From Candidatus Eiseniibacteriota bacterium (lineage in GTDB: Bacteria; Eisenbacteria; RBG-16-71-46; JABDJR01), in assembly GCA_963762255.1 (NCBI GenBank), contig CAVXKA010000002.1, forward strand, positions 352,001-416,000: a DNA stretch of 64,000 nucleotides. Reading direction: 5' to 3'. Within the stretch, counting starts at the first letter, position 1. The number at the start of each line of letters is the position of its first letter. The notes beneath the pieces were generated by a model that was not told where the DNA came from, made no database searches, and worked only from the letters and a program-made list of their open reading frames with translations. The position numbers were made by a program, and so were the translations under genes. Below, in pieces: positions 1-9,595 of this stretch.

Positions 1-79
1 GTCCCCCGCCGCACGCACCGAGGGTAAGGGCCAGGACGGCGAGCCCGATCGTCAAGGCCGCGAGGCCGCGTTGGCGCAT
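1..79 (-). CDS. Lipoprotein, N-terminus only (truncated by the window edge)
   Basis: ATG at 79 with AAGGAG RBS (85-90). Translates MRQRGLAALTIGLAVLALTLGAC-GGG, a signal peptide with an LGAC lipobox. Not in the ORF track. Confidence 0.75.
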   Translation of the reverse strand, partial: MRQRGLAALTIGLAVLALTLGACGGG

Positions 80-146
80 GGCGTCTCCTTGGGAAACCCG
101 TGTCCGCGTAAGCCCTTGGTCCGAGAGGGGTAAGCCAAGTCAAAGC

Positions 147-176
147 AGTATAGGAACCGCCCGCGGAGGTTGTCAA
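147..176 (-). promoter_or_regulatory. sigma70-type promoter for the lipoprotein gene
   Basis: Minus strand TTGACA-N18-TATACT. Confidence 0.7.
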
Positions 177-237
177 CGAAGAGGGCGCGCCGGCGGTCTT
201 TGGTGCGATCAGGGTCGGGAACCCGGTCTCGCCCCCC

Positions 238-280
238 AAAAAGCAGCGACCACTCCCTCATCCGGAGAGAGTGGTCGCTG
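238..280 (-). terminator. Rho-independent terminator after the 302-1042 gene
   Basis: Stem CAGCGACCACTC(244-255)/GAGTGGTCGCTG(269-280), extendable, followed by CTTTTT on the minus strand. Confidence 0.75.
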
Positions 281-301
281 ACGAGAACCGAGCGAGACGC
301 T

Positions 302-1042
302 CTAGTTGTAGGTGCTCTTGATCCGACCCCAGGTGGACTGCTGAACCGGAACAGGGGTCTCGCAGGCGTCCAGGAAGGTGGTGCCGACGCCCAGATCATC
401 GACTTCCCACGTCCAAACACCACCCGTCACGCTGGCCTGACGGAAGGCGTAGGCGGAGGAGAAGATGTTCGGCGTGGCGACCTCGGTCACGGTGAGCGAA
501 GGGCTCGCTTCGCTGACCGGGTCCACCCACAGGGTTGCCTGACGGGTGTGCGGGTCGTAGCAGGTCGCGACCACGTACCAGGTGTCGTAGGCGAGTGTGG
601 TGGGCCACACGGTGGCCGTGTTGCTGCTCACCGAAATCCCGAAGGTGAACGCCGGGCTGCTCGGGATGATGAACACCTTCGCACGGAAGTTCGAGGTGCC
701 GGTATCCTTGAAGTGGGCGAAGTACCCGTTCACCGTGGGCGTAGTCCCCGTGAGGGCGGGGATCCGGACCTTGAAGCACGCGTAGACCCTGCTGGTCGAG
801 TCCGGGGCGGGGCTGCTCCACGCCCGGTTGTCATCCGCTGACCTGGAGGTCATGCCCTGGATGTAGCCGCCGCTCATGACCTGAATGTCGGTAGTCCCGC
901 TGTGGATGGCCCATCCGCCGTTGGGGACGAGGTTACCCACAGGGTAGCTGAAGTTCTCGAGGTAGATATTGGCCGCTAGGGCGGGCGACACGAGCAGCGC
1001 CGCACTACCGAGCGCGAGAAGCGCAATAGCCGTCTTTCGCAT
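302..1042 (-). CDS. Secreted beta-rich (LamG/jelly-roll-like) protein with C-terminal TWGxIK tail
   Basis: Sec signal MRKTAIALLALGSAALLVSPALA, AAGGAG RBS, Ser/Thr- and aromatic-rich body, ends PVPVQQSTWGRIKSTYN. Confidence 0.8.
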   Translation of the reverse strand: MRKTAIALLALGSAALLVSPALAANIYLENFSYPVGNLVPNGGWAIHSGTTDIQVMSGGYIQGMTSRSADDNRAWSSPAPDSTSRVYACFKVRIPALTGTTPTVNGYFAHFKDTGTSNFRAKVFIIPSSPAFTFGISVSSNTATVWPTTLAYDTWYVVATCYDPHTRQATLWVDPVSEASPSLTVTEVATPNIFSSAYAFRQASVTGGVWTWEVDDLGVGTTFLDACETPVPVQQSTWGRIKSTYN

Positions 1043-1261
1043 TCTGGAGTCTCTCCTTTTGGTGCTTAGCTAAGCCGGCGGCTGTATGAATGGCCGTTAG
1101 CACCCTCGCAACCCTGCCCTCCCAGAGGGAGCCAGCTAGAGGAGCGATGGCTCAAGTTGTTTCGGGCCTCCGGTCGCCGAACGGCACCCCGACAGGGGCA
1201 CCCGCTCCCGGCTTGGCCAGCGTGACTGCCGCCGACCCACATTCACCTAACCGCTGCGATA

Positions 1262-1291
1262 ATGATACATTAGCAGGGTGGTGTGGCGCAA
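1262..1291 (-). promoter_or_regulatory. Candidate sigma70 promoter for the 302-1042 gene (about 215-nt leader)
   Basis: Minus strand TTGCGC-N18-TATCAT in a locally AT-rich patch. Confidence 0.45.
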
Positions 1292-1431
1292 GTTGATTCC
1301 GTGGCCACTGGAGAGGCCCCTAGGAATACCAGGCTGCTTCGCCAACTTGTGGAAACCTCGAGCCGGTCGATCGTGTCTACGACTGGAGCCCGCTCAGGAG
1401 TCGGTAGCGCCCCGCAGGAGAACCCTCGCAG

Positions 1432-3108
1432 TTGAGCCATCAGCCTTCAGTCCCCGACCGCTCCTCCCCGCCGACGCGGAGACCTGACTGTCGGGCGGTT
1501 CTCGACCCCACGCGATCCGTTTCCGACGTCTCCCGTCTCGCATCGCTGGCCCTGGCAGGCCTCCTGCTCGGGACGTACCTCTGGCTTGCTCCACCTGTCT
1601 CCGGAGACAAGGACTCGAGCGAGTTCACCGTCGTGCTGGCAACCGGCGGGGTCCTCCATCCCACCGGCTACCCGCTGTTCACACTTGTCGGCCACGGTTT
1701 CGTGGTGTTGCTGCATGCGCTGGGGATATCTTGGCCCCGTGCCGCCAACGCGTGGTCAGGAGTCGGGGGCGGGCTCGCGCTCTTCCTCTACCACCGTCTT
1801 GCCCTCCGCTGGTTGCCTTCGGAGCCCGGTCCGGGTCGGCTTGCCAGGTTCGGGCTCGCTGCCCTCCCGGTCCTCCTTCTCGGCTTCAATCCTGTCTGGA
1901 CCGCAGTGACAACTATCGCGGAAGTGCATAGCTGGCATGTGGCTTGGGTGATCGGTCTGGCCCTCTTTCTTGATTGGGAAATGGAAGCGCTGAGACGCGG
2001 AACGCCGGTGGCCACCGACCTGGCACGTCACATGGGGGTCTGGGGTCTAATCTGCGGCGTGGGGATGGGCCATCATGTCACTGCGGTGTTCTTCGTCGCC
2101 ATCGGGACGGTGGTCTTGGGATGGGGACTTGCGCGCCGGGGGCTCTTTCGGTGGTGGGTGCCTCTGTTGTGGTTGGGCGGGGGCATGCTCCCCTTGCTGA
2201 GCTATGGGTATCTCTGGTACATGGCGAGCCGACCTGGGGAGTCGGTTGTATGGCCCATGCTCGAGCCCACTTTCCACGGCCTCCTGAACCACGTCACCGC
2301 GCTATCGTACCGACAGTACTTGGGGGGGTGGAATCCAGAGACATCGGAGCGGTCGGCTCTGATCTCCTACGTTTATCCGTTCCTCTGGCCAGGGCTCGCC
2401 CTCTATGCGTGGCACACCGTCGTCCGGCGGCGCTCCCCGACATGGGGCTCTCGGGCGGGATTTCTGCTCGCGTCCACGATGCTACTTCTGTTCACGTTCC
2501 ACTATGGCGTCACCGACCCCAGTTCGTACTTTCTCCCCTGCTTGGCGGTGGCCTTGCTGGCCCTGGTACCGACAGGGTGGGCGGCTCTATGCAGACTCCG
2601 ACGACGTCGACCGGCGACCCTGCTGTCCGGGATCGGCACAGCGGCAGCGCTCGCGATTCTCATCGTACCGTGGGTGCACACGGCAAGAGTACATACCCAA
2701 GCACTGGTAGAGATCGATGAACTCCTGCTGGGAATGTGGCGCTCCATCCCCTTCGAAAGCGGCATCGTCCTGTGGCCCAACGGCAACTACTACCGCCTGA
2801 AGGAGTATCAGAAGCTCGGGAACGAGAAGCCCGCCATCGACGTGTATGCAACCGCGGTCATCTGCAATGACTATCCGAGAAGGATGTTCATCCAGAAGTA
2901 CGGCTTCGACCCCCTGGGCAATAACGACGCCGCTCATCTGGCCGAGCCGTTGAAGCCCGAGTTCGTCATCGGACAGCAGACATCCCCGGACGAAGCCCGA
3001 TTCTTCGCCCGGATCCACGAGACCATCATCAACCGCGCACCCGTGCCGGTGGCGGCCTTTGACGCCCCCGTCGAAGTCCGGGTATACGCCCCGAGGATTG
3101 CGCGCTGA
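1432..3108 (+). CDS. DUF2723 / TMEM260-like membrane GT-C glycosyltransferase
   Basis: DSSEF...GVLHPTGYPL motif typical of DUF2723, AEVH and HH motifs, about 10 hydrophobic segments. Confidence 0.8.
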   Translation: MSHQPSVPDRSSPPTRRPDCRAVLDPTRSVSDVSRLASLALAGLLLGTYLWLAPPVSGDKDSSEFTVVLATGGVLHPTGYPLFTLVGHGFVVLLHALGISWPRAANAWSGVGGGLALFLYHRLALRWLPSEPGPGRLARFGLAALPVLLLGFNPVWTAVTTIAEVHSWHVAWVIGLALFLDWEMEALRRGTPVATDLARHMGVWGLICGVGMGHHVTAVFFVAIGTVVLGWGLARRGLFRWWVPLLWLGGGMLPLLSYGYLWYMASRPGESVVWPMLEPTFHGLLNHVTALSYRQYLGGWNPETSERSALISYVYPFLWPGLALYAWHTVVRRRSPTWGSRAGFLLASTMLLLFTFHYGVTDPSSYFLPCLAVALLALVPTGWAALCRLRRRRPATLLSGIGTAAALAILIVPWVHTARVHTQALVEIDELLLGMWRSIPFESGIVLWPNGNYYRLKEYQKLGNEKPAIDVYATAVICNDYPRRMFIQKYGFDPLGNNDAAHLAEPLKPEFVIGQQTSPDEARFFARIHETIINRAPVPVAAFDAPVEVRVYAPRIAR

Positions 3109-3120
3109 CCCGCGGTGCTC

Positions 3121-4389
3121 TTATCTCGACGCCTCGCGCGGCGTGCGCCAGCGCGTAACGGTGCCCCGGCGAGGCCGGCGGCCCCACCCCATCGGCGTGG
3201 CCACCACCGTGACCACCGCCATGAGCATCCAGTAGACGATCGGGTAAAACACGGCCACGTAGTAGAAACGGGATACCGTGGGGTCGTAGCGACGCTCGAG
3301 GAGGACACCCAGGAGGAGCTGGAGGAGACATGTGGTGCCGATCAGCATCCCCCACCAGTTGGGAACCGGGGAAACCCCCACCGGGACGAGCCCGACGGCG
3401 AGGGATGCGCCCCAGAGCGCGATCAGGATGACCACGCAATAGGCCCACGAGATGGAGAGGATCGCCTCCACGAAGACTGGCCAGTGCCGGCGGTTCTTCC
3501 AGTGGCGCAGGACGTCGTCGTTGCGCCGCAGCACCTGGGCCAGCCCCCGCGCCCAGCGCAGGCGTTGCCGCCACAGGCCGCTCAGGCCGGAAGGCACCTG
3601 CATCCACACCAGGGCCCGCGGCTCGTAGCGTACGTCGTAGAACGCGCGCTGGAGCTTCCAGGTCATGTCGATGTCCTCCGTGGCCATCTCTGGGCTGTAG
3701 AGACCGACGTCGATCAAGGCCGATCGCCGGAACGCCCCCACCACGCCGGACATCGTGAGGATGCGCCCCCACACACGCTGGGCGCGGCGCAGGAGGCTCA
3801 CGATCGAGGCGAATTCGATGAGTTGGAGCTTGGCCAGCAGGCTTTCCCGGTTGGCCACCCGGGGATTGCCGGTGACCGCCGCCACGCGCGCCGATCGAAA
3901 GTGCGGCACCATCCAGCGCAGGATCCCCGGGTCGGGATACGCGTCGGCGTCCATGATGAGGACGATCTCCCCGTTCACCACCGGGATCGCGTCGTTCAAG
4001 GCCATCGCCTTCCCCTCGTTGCGTCGCTTGCGAATCAGACGCACCTGGCCGCGCGCGATGTACGGGGCGATCTCCACCGCGGTGTTGTCGGTGGAGGCGT
4101 CGTCCACGATCACGATCTCCTTGAACGGATAGTCGATCTGGAGGATCCCCTCGATGGTCCGGGCGATGACCTTCTCCTCGCAATACGTGGGCACGAGCAC
4201 GGTGACCAGCGGGTACTCGTCGATCGCGTAGAGATCGCGGTTAGGGCGGCGCTCCCATCGCCAGTAGTAGACGAGAGACGTGGAGATCCAGACCAGGCTG
4301 GAAAGCACGGGGTAGAGGGCGAAGAAGAGCAGCACCGCGAAATAGGGGGGACTCTCCTGAAAGCGCAGCAGCGTGTCGTGGAGTTCCAC
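3121..4389 (-). CDS. pgaC: Poly-beta-1,6-N-acetylglucosamine synthase (GT2)
   Basis: DDASTD, GKA.ALN, DAD, TEDID and QRLRW motifs plus TM helices. Probable GTG start at 4389 gives 422 aa. Confidence 0.85.
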   Translation of the reverse strand: MELHDTLLRFQESPPYFAVLLFFALYPVLSSLVWISTSLVYYWRWERRPNRDLYAIDEYPLVTVLVPTYCEEKVIARTIEGILQIDYPFKEIVIVDDASTDNTAVEIAPYIARGQVRLIRKRRNEGKAMALNDAIPVVNGEIVLIMDADAYPDPGILRWMVPHFRSARVAAVTGNPRVANRESLLAKLQLIEFASIVSLLRRAQRVWGRILTMSGVVGAFRRSALIDVGLYSPEMATEDIDMTWKLQRAFYDVRYEPRALVWMQVPSGLSGLWRQRLRWARGLAQVLRRNDDVLRHWKNRRHWPVFVEAILSISWAYCVVILIALWGASLAVGLVPVGVSPVPNWWGMLIGTTCLLQLLLGVLLERRYDPTVSRFYYVAVFYPIVYWMLMAVVTVVATPMGWGRRPRRGTVTRWRTPREASR

Positions 4390-4391
4390 GG

Positions 4392-4817
4392 TCAGAAGGC
4401 CCTGTAGATCTTGGCGCCGGTGCGGGGATCGAGATCGATCTCCACCTCCGGCGCCATCTGAAGGGTTTCCCAGCCGGGGCCCGTCACCGGGCGGCCCAGC
4501 ACGTCGCGCGACCAGTCGCGGCTCGCCTCGCGGGAGTGAAGACGGCGATAGGCGTACCGACGGGAGAGGATCAGGTTGTGGCGAATCCACGCCGCGGTGA
4601 GGCTGACGGATACGACGAGAAGGATCGCGACGACGAGCACGCCCGCCGCGCCCTCGGCGGGCGGCGTGCGATAGAAGACGCGCCGCCAGAAGAGCGCGAA
4701 GACGATCCATCCGCCCACCGCGAGCAGGAAGTGGAATACGCCGGCTGCGCGCCCTGATTCGGTCAGGGGCGGACGATAGCGTGGATCGCGGATCGGGGAC
4801 GGCGACACGCGCGGCAA
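4392..4817 (-). CDS. PgaD-like small membrane partner of PgaC
   Basis: 141 aa, two TM helices followed by WIRHN (PgaD has W..YN), stops 2 bp before pgaC. Confidence 0.55.
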   Translation of the reverse strand: MPRVSPSPIRDPRYRPPLTESGRAAGVFHFLLAVGGWIVFALFWRRVFYRTPPAEGAAGVLVVAILLVVSVSLTAAWIRHNLILSRRYAYRRLHSREASRDWSRDVLGRPVTGPGWETLQMAPEVEIDLDPRTGAKIYRAF

Positions 4818-4959
4818 ACTCCTCGAAGAGATTGGGTCTAGTTCGCTTCTCTTCGAGAGTTATCGGCGGTGACGCCCTCCGGTTTGAGAGGGGCCGATAC
4901 CGCGCGGCCTGTCCTGCGCATCCGGGCGGTCAGCCTCCGGCCGGCTGCCGCCCCCCGCC

Positions 4960-6420
4960 TCAGCCCCCGGACTCTTCCGGCGACCACCGCAGCTTGAGCT
5001 TCCGCGCGGCGAGAGCCTCGTCGGGGCGGGCAACCGGCGTGGTGTGCGGCGCCCCCTTCACGAGATCGGGCGTCTCCGCCGCCTCGCGTGCGATCTGGCG
5101 CATGATCTCGATGAACCGGTCGAGCGTGGGCTTGGGCTCGCTCTCGGTCGGCTCGATCATCAACGCTTCCTCCACGATGAGCGGGAAGTACGTGGTCGGC
5201 GCGTGCATCCCGAAATCGAGAAGCCGCTTGGACACGTCGCCCGCACGCACGCCGTGCTTCTTCTGCTCCACCGCCGACAGCACGAACTCGTGCATGCACG
5301 GGCCCGGGTACTTGACGGCGTAGCTTTCGCGCAGCGCGGCGAGGAGATAGTTGGCATTCAGGATGGCGTTGCGCGTCATGGCGGTGAGCCCCGTGCCGCC
5401 CAGGCTCATGATGTAGACGAGCGCGCGCACCAGCACTCCAAAGTTCCCGTGGAACCCGTGCATGCGACCCACCGACAGCGGCCGGTCGTAATCCACGCGG
5501 TACACCCCGTCCTTTTCCTCGATCACCGGCACCGGCAGGAACGGGCGCAGATCCTCCCGCACCGCGATCGGCCCCGCGCCCGGGCCGCCGCCTCCGTGAG
5601 GCGTCGAGAAGGTCTTGTGCAGGTTCAGGTGCATCATGTCGAAGCCCATCTCACCGGGGCGAACGAGCCCGACCAACGCGTTCATGTTGGCGCCGTCGAG
5701 GTAGAGGAGCGCGCCCGCGCCGTGCACGGCAGCGGCGATCTCCTCGATGTGGGTCTCGAAAATCCCCAGCGTGTTGGGGTTGGTGACCATCATGGCCGCG
5801 GTGCGCGGTCCGAGGACCTTGCGCAGCGCTTCGAGGTCCACCTTCCCCTCGGCGTTCGATTTGATCTCCACCGCCTTCATCCCGGCGATGCGCACCGACG
5901 CCGGGTTCGTGCCGTGGGCGGAATCGGGGATGATGACCTCGTCACGATTCTCGCCACGGCTCTTGTGATAGGCGCGGGCCACCAGCATGGCGGTGAGTTC
6001 GCCCTCCGCCCCCGCCGCCGGCTGCAGGGTCACCGCGGGAAGACCTGTGATCTCGGCCAGCGCGCACTCCAGCGTCTTCAGGAGCTCCAGCGCCCCCTGC
6101 ACCTCCTCGTCGGGTGCGAGCGGATGGATCAACGCCAATCCGGGCAACGCCGCCAGCCGGTCGTTGATCTTCGGGTTGTACTTCATGGTGCACGACCCGA
6201 GGGGATAGAAGTCCTTGTCGACGTGATGATTCAGCGTCGAGAGGTTCGTGAAGTGGCGCACCACTTCCGGCTCGCTCACTTCCGGCAGGAACGGCGTGTC
6301 CGCCCGGCGAAGATTTGCCGGCACCAGCGACTCCACCCCCTTGGCCGGAATGTCCAACTCGGAAAGAAGCGCGCCCCGCACTCCCGGACGCGATTGATCG
6401 AAGATCAGCTTCTCAACCAC
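4960..6420 (-). CDS. gcvPB: Glycine dehydrogenase (decarboxylating) subunit 2
   Basis: YPLGSCTMKYNP, DSAHGTNPAS, LNLHKTFSTPHGGGGPG. Confidence 0.96.
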   Translation of the reverse strand: MVEKLIFDQSRPGVRGALLSELDIPAKGVESLVPANLRRADTPFLPEVSEPEVVRHFTNLSTLNHHVDKDFYPLGSCTMKYNPKINDRLAALPGLALIHPLAPDEEVQGALELLKTLECALAEITGLPAVTLQPAAGAEGELTAMLVARAYHKSRGENRDEVIIPDSAHGTNPASVRIAGMKAVEIKSNAEGKVDLEALRKVLGPRTAAMMVTNPNTLGIFETHIEEIAAAVHGAGALLYLDGANMNALVGLVRPGEMGFDMMHLNLHKTFSTPHGGGGPGAGPIAVREDLRPFLPVPVIEEKDGVYRVDYDRPLSVGRMHGFHGNFGVLVRALVYIMSLGGTGLTAMTRNAILNANYLLAALRESYAVKYPGPCMHEFVLSAVEQKKHGVRAGDVSKRLLDFGMHAPTTYFPLIVEEALMIEPTESEPKPTLDRFIEIMRQIAREAAETPDLVKGAPHTTPVARPDEALAARKLKLRWSPEESGG

Positions 6421-7789
6421 GGGCCGCCTCCTTCACCGCCTCCACCAACGCGTCGAGGTCCTCCCGAGTGTGCTTCTCCGTCGCGCAGACCAGCAGGAGG
6501 CGATCCGCCTTCGCCGGCCGCGTGCCCGGCAGCGCCTCGGGGAGCGCCCCCAGATCCACCCCGGCGAGCACGCCGCGCTTGAGCGCCCCCCGCACGATGT
6601 CCCGCGCCGGCCGCGGGCACTCCAGCACGAACTCGTGGAAAAAGGGCGCGTCGAAGGCGAGCTTGAATCCCGGCAGCGCGCCGAGTCGCTCAGCCGCGTA
6701 GTGCGCGCGCTCCAGGCAGTGCTCGGCCGTTTCGCGCATGCCCTGCGGTCCGAGAAGCGAGAGATAGATGGAGGCGCGCAGCGCGAGCAGCCCCTGGTTG
6801 GTGCAGATGTTGGAAGTCGCCTTCTCGCGCCGGATGTGCTGTTCGCGGGTCTGCAGCGTCATCACGAACGCGCGGAGCCCGTTCCGGTCCACCGTCTCGC
6901 CGACCAGGCGCCCCGGTACGTTCCGCGCGAACTCCTTCTTCGCGGTGAAGATGCCGAGCGCCGGGCCGCCGAAGCTCGGGGGCGTGCCCAAAGACATCCC
7001 TTCGCCCACCGCAAGGTCTGCGTCCATCGCTCCGGGGGTCTTGTAGATCGCAAGCGCGTGCGGTTCGAACACCGCGATCGCGCGTGCGCCCGCCGAGTGG
7101 GCCATCGCGAAGGCCTCGGTGGCGTCCTCGACGACGCCGTAGAAGTTCGGGGTCTGAACCACCACCGCGGCGGCATCGACGGAGAGGTTCGCGGCTAGCC
7201 ACGCGCGGTCGACCGTGCCGCGCTCGGCGGGATCGGCGCACACTTCGATGTCCTGCTCCCGGCAGAAGGTGCGCAGGGTCTGCAAGTAGTGGGGATGAAC
7301 CGGGCCCGCCACGAGGATGCGCTTCCGTCCCGTGGTGGACGCGGCCAGGAGCGCCGCCTCGGCGAGCGCGGTCGCGCCGTCGTAGAGCGACGCGTTGGCG
7401 ATGTCCATCCCGGTCAGCTCCGAGATCAGGGTCTGAAACTCGAAGATGACGGCGAGCGTCCCCTGCGAGACCTCGGGCTGGTACGGCGTGTACGCGGTGT
7501 AGAACTCGGAGCGGAAGCAGAGAGTGTCCACCGCCGCCGGGACGAAGTGGTCGTAGGCGCCGGCGCCGAGGAAGGAGCGGCGGTTTCCGCCGTGACCGTT
7601 CCTGGCCGCCAGCCCCTCGATGAGCCGGGCGACTTCGAACTCGCTTTTGGGGGCAGGCAAGCCGAGCGGCTCCTTGAGACGCAACTTCTGCGGCACGGGT
7701 GTGAGGAGTTCATCGAACGACGAGACCCCGATCGCCCGCAGCATCGCCTCCTCTTCGCCGTCCCCGCGCGGGATGTAGGGGAATCTCAA
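6413..7789 (-). CDS. gcvPA: Glycine dehydrogenase (decarboxylating) subunit 1
   Basis: YTAYTPYQPEVSQG, NASLYDG, TREQHIRREKATSNICTN. Confidence 0.96.
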   Translation of the reverse strand: MRFPYIPRGDGEEEAMLRAIGVSSFDELLTPVPQKLRLKEPLGLPAPKSEFEVARLIEGLAARNGHGGNRRSFLGAGAYDHFVPAAVDTLCFRSEFYTAYTPYQPEVSQGTLAVIFEFQTLISELTGMDIANASLYDGATALAEAALLAASTTGRKRILVAGPVHPHYLQTLRTFCREQDIEVCADPAERGTVDRAWLAANLSVDAAAVVVQTPNFYGVVEDATEAFAMAHSAGARAIAVFEPHALAIYKTPGAMDADLAVGEGMSLGTPPSFGGPALGIFTAKKEFARNVPGRLVGETVDRNGLRAFVMTLQTREQHIRREKATSNICTNQGLLALRASIYLSLLGPQGMRETAEHCLERAHYAAERLGALPGFKLAFDAPFFHEFVLECPRPARDIVRGALKRGVLAGVDLGALPEALPGTRPAKADRLLLVCATEKHTREDLDALVEAVKEAARG

Positions 7790-7790
7790 T

Positions 7791-8177
7791 CTAGTGCCCC
7801 TCCCCCACGTGGCCGCGGTAGGCGTCGGCGTCCATGAGCTTGGCCACTTCGGCGGGATCGGCGACCTCGAGCTTGATCATCCAGCCGTCGACGTACGGAG
7901 ACTTGTTGACCTGCTCCGGCTTGTCGGCCAGGGCGGCGTTCACTTCGATCACCTTTCCCCCCACCGGGGCGAAGAGATCGCTCACCGTCTTCACCGCTTC
8001 GATGGTGCCGAAGCTCGCGCCCTGCGCGACCTCGGAACCCACCTGCGGCAACTCGATGAACACGATGTCCCCCAGTTCGCCCTGGGCGTAGTCGGTGATC
8101 CCCACCACCGCGGTCTTCCCAGTCACCCGCACCCACTCGTGATCCTCGGTGTACTTCAGTTCCTTGGGCGTTTCCAT
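7791..8177 (-). CDS. gcvH: Glycine cleavage system H protein
   Basis: HEW, GITDYAQ..LGDIVF, lipoyl-Lys motif EAVKTVS. Confidence 0.96.
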   Translation of the reverse strand: METPKELKYTEDHEWVRVTGKTAVVGITDYAQGELGDIVFIELPQVGSEVAQGASFGTIEAVKTVSDLFAPVGGKVIEVNAALADKPEQVNKSPYVDGWMIKLEVADPAEVAKLMDADAYRGHVGEGH

Positions 8178-8214
8178 GTCGTCCTCCCGGCCGCGGCCGG
8201 ATGCTCGTCCACCC

Positions 8215-9339
8215 TCACTTCACGGGCGCCTTGCGGCTCCCCTTCGTATAAAACGGAAACCGCGCCACCGCCGCCGGCTCTACCCGGCCGCGGATGTCCA
8301 CGCCGACCACTTGCCCCGGCTCGGCGTGCTTCACCTGCACGTACCCCATGCCGAGACCCTGTTCCAGCGAGGGCGCGAAGGTCCCACTGGTCACTTGCCC
8401 GATCGGTGCTCCCGCGTCCACCAGCGGGTACCCCTTGCGCGGGATGCACCGAGGGCTCTGCGGCACCAGACCGACCAGGCGGCGGCTCACGCCGCGATCC
8501 TTCTGCTTCACCAGCGCCTCGCGGCCGATGAAGCTCTCCTTGTTGAGCTTCACCGTCCACGACAGCCCCGCCTCCAGCGGCGTGGTGAAGTCGTCGATAT
8601 CGTTTCCATAGAGGCAGTAGCCCATCTCGAATCGCAGGGTGTCGCGCGCGGCGAGGCCGATGGGGACGATGCCGACGCCCTTTCCCTCCTCCATCAGGCG
8701 ATCCCAGAGATCGGCGGCCCAGCGCGCGGGCACGTAGAGTTCGAAACCGTCCTCACCGGTGTAGCCGGTGCGGGAGATGAGGACTTCGATCCCGCACACC
8801 TCGCCCCACTGCGCCGTGTAGGTCCCCATCGGATCGAGCGCTGTCTCCGTAAGGCGCTGAAGGAACGGTTGGGTCCCCGGGCCCTGCACCGCGAGCAACG
8901 CGGTGTCGTCAGACTCGTTGCGGAACTTCACGCCGGCGGGAAGATGCGCCTGCACCCAGGCTTCATCCTTGTCGATGTTGGCTCCGTTCACCACGAGCAG
9001 CACCGAGTCTTCCAGGCGGTAGACGATGAGATCGTCCACGATGCCGCCGTCCTCCCGGCACATCGGGGAGTAGACCGCCTGCCCCACCGGAATGTCGGCG
9101 ATCTTGTTGGTGACGAGACGGTCGGCCGCCTCGAGCGCACGCGCTCCGGTGAGCCGGAACTCTCCCATGTGGGAGAGGTCGAATATGCCGATGCCCTTGC
9201 GCACGGCCTCGTGCTCCGCAATCTGTCCGGAGTACTGGAGGGGCATCAAGTAGCCCGCGAAGGGAACGATCTTCGCCGCCAGGGCGAGGTGTTGATCGTA
9301 CAGGGGGGTCTTTTTCGCTTCGGTCTCTGCCGTCGCCAT
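8215..9339 (-). CDS. gcvT: Aminomethyltransferase (glycine cleavage T protein)
   Basis: TPLY..H, FDLSHMG, RTGYTGEDGFE, RDTLRFE. ATG at 9339 with GGAG RBS. Confidence 0.96.
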   Translation of the reverse strand: MATAETEAKKTPLYDQHLALAAKIVPFAGYLMPLQYSGQIAEHEAVRKGIGIFDLSHMGEFRLTGARALEAADRLVTNKIADIPVGQAVYSPMCREDGGIVDDLIVYRLEDSVLLVVNGANIDKDEAWVQAHLPAGVKFRNESDDTALLAVQGPGTQPFLQRLTETALDPMGTYTAQWGEVCGIEVLISRTGYTGEDGFELYVPARWAADLWDRLMEEGKGVGIVPIGLAARDTLRFEMGYCLYGNDIDDFTTPLEAGLSWTVKLNKESFIGREALVKQKDRGVSRRLVGLVPQSPRCIPRKGYPLVDAGAPIGQVTSGTFAPSLEQGLGMGYVQVKHAEPGQVVGVDIRGRVEPAAVARFPFYTKGSRKAPVK

Positions 9340-9453
9340 GGATGCTCCATTGACCGCGAGGCCGTCGGAGCGAGGCAGAAGCTCCTCAGATCCTGCAGTT
9401 CCGTGTATCACGCGTTGTTCTTGGGGGCGGGCTCTTTGGACGAAAACCGACGC

Positions 9454-9462
9454 ATGGTATCA
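9454..9462 (-). promoter_or_regulatory. Candidate extended -10 promoter for the gcv operon
   Basis: Minus strand TG-A-TACCAT about 115 bp upstream of gcvT. Confidence 0.4.
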
Positions 9463-9479
9463 CAGGGGTCCGAGGGTGA

Positions 9480-9595
9480 GTAGCAGTCGGGGAGCCGCTT
9501 CCGCGGCTCCCCGATGCAGTCGAACATGAACCCCCCGCGCTTTGGGGGGTAGTTATCGGGGAGCCGCTTCCGCGGCTCCCCGATGCTATCGAACA
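9480..9595. repeat. Tandem pair of 47-bp REP-like palindromic repeats
   Basis: GTAG-nnn-TCGGGGAGCCGC-TTCC-GCGGCTCCCCGA-TGCnnTCGAACA at 9480 and 9549 (period 69). Confidence 0.85.

Noticed and set aside
1283-1300. sigma54 promoter (TGGCGC...TTGA)
   Set aside because: GG-N10-GC spacing is not met. Better explained as a minus-strand -35 box.
4390-4710. Extended N-termini in the ORF track (pgaC, pepA, waaF, gmhB, ptsN, permease and others)
   Set aside because: The extensions overlap upstream genes in other frames. Internal starts with RBS or stop/start coupling fit family lengths.
9480-9595. Mini CRISPR array
   Set aside because: Only two imperfect 47-bp copies, a 22-bp self-complementary spacer, and no cas genes.
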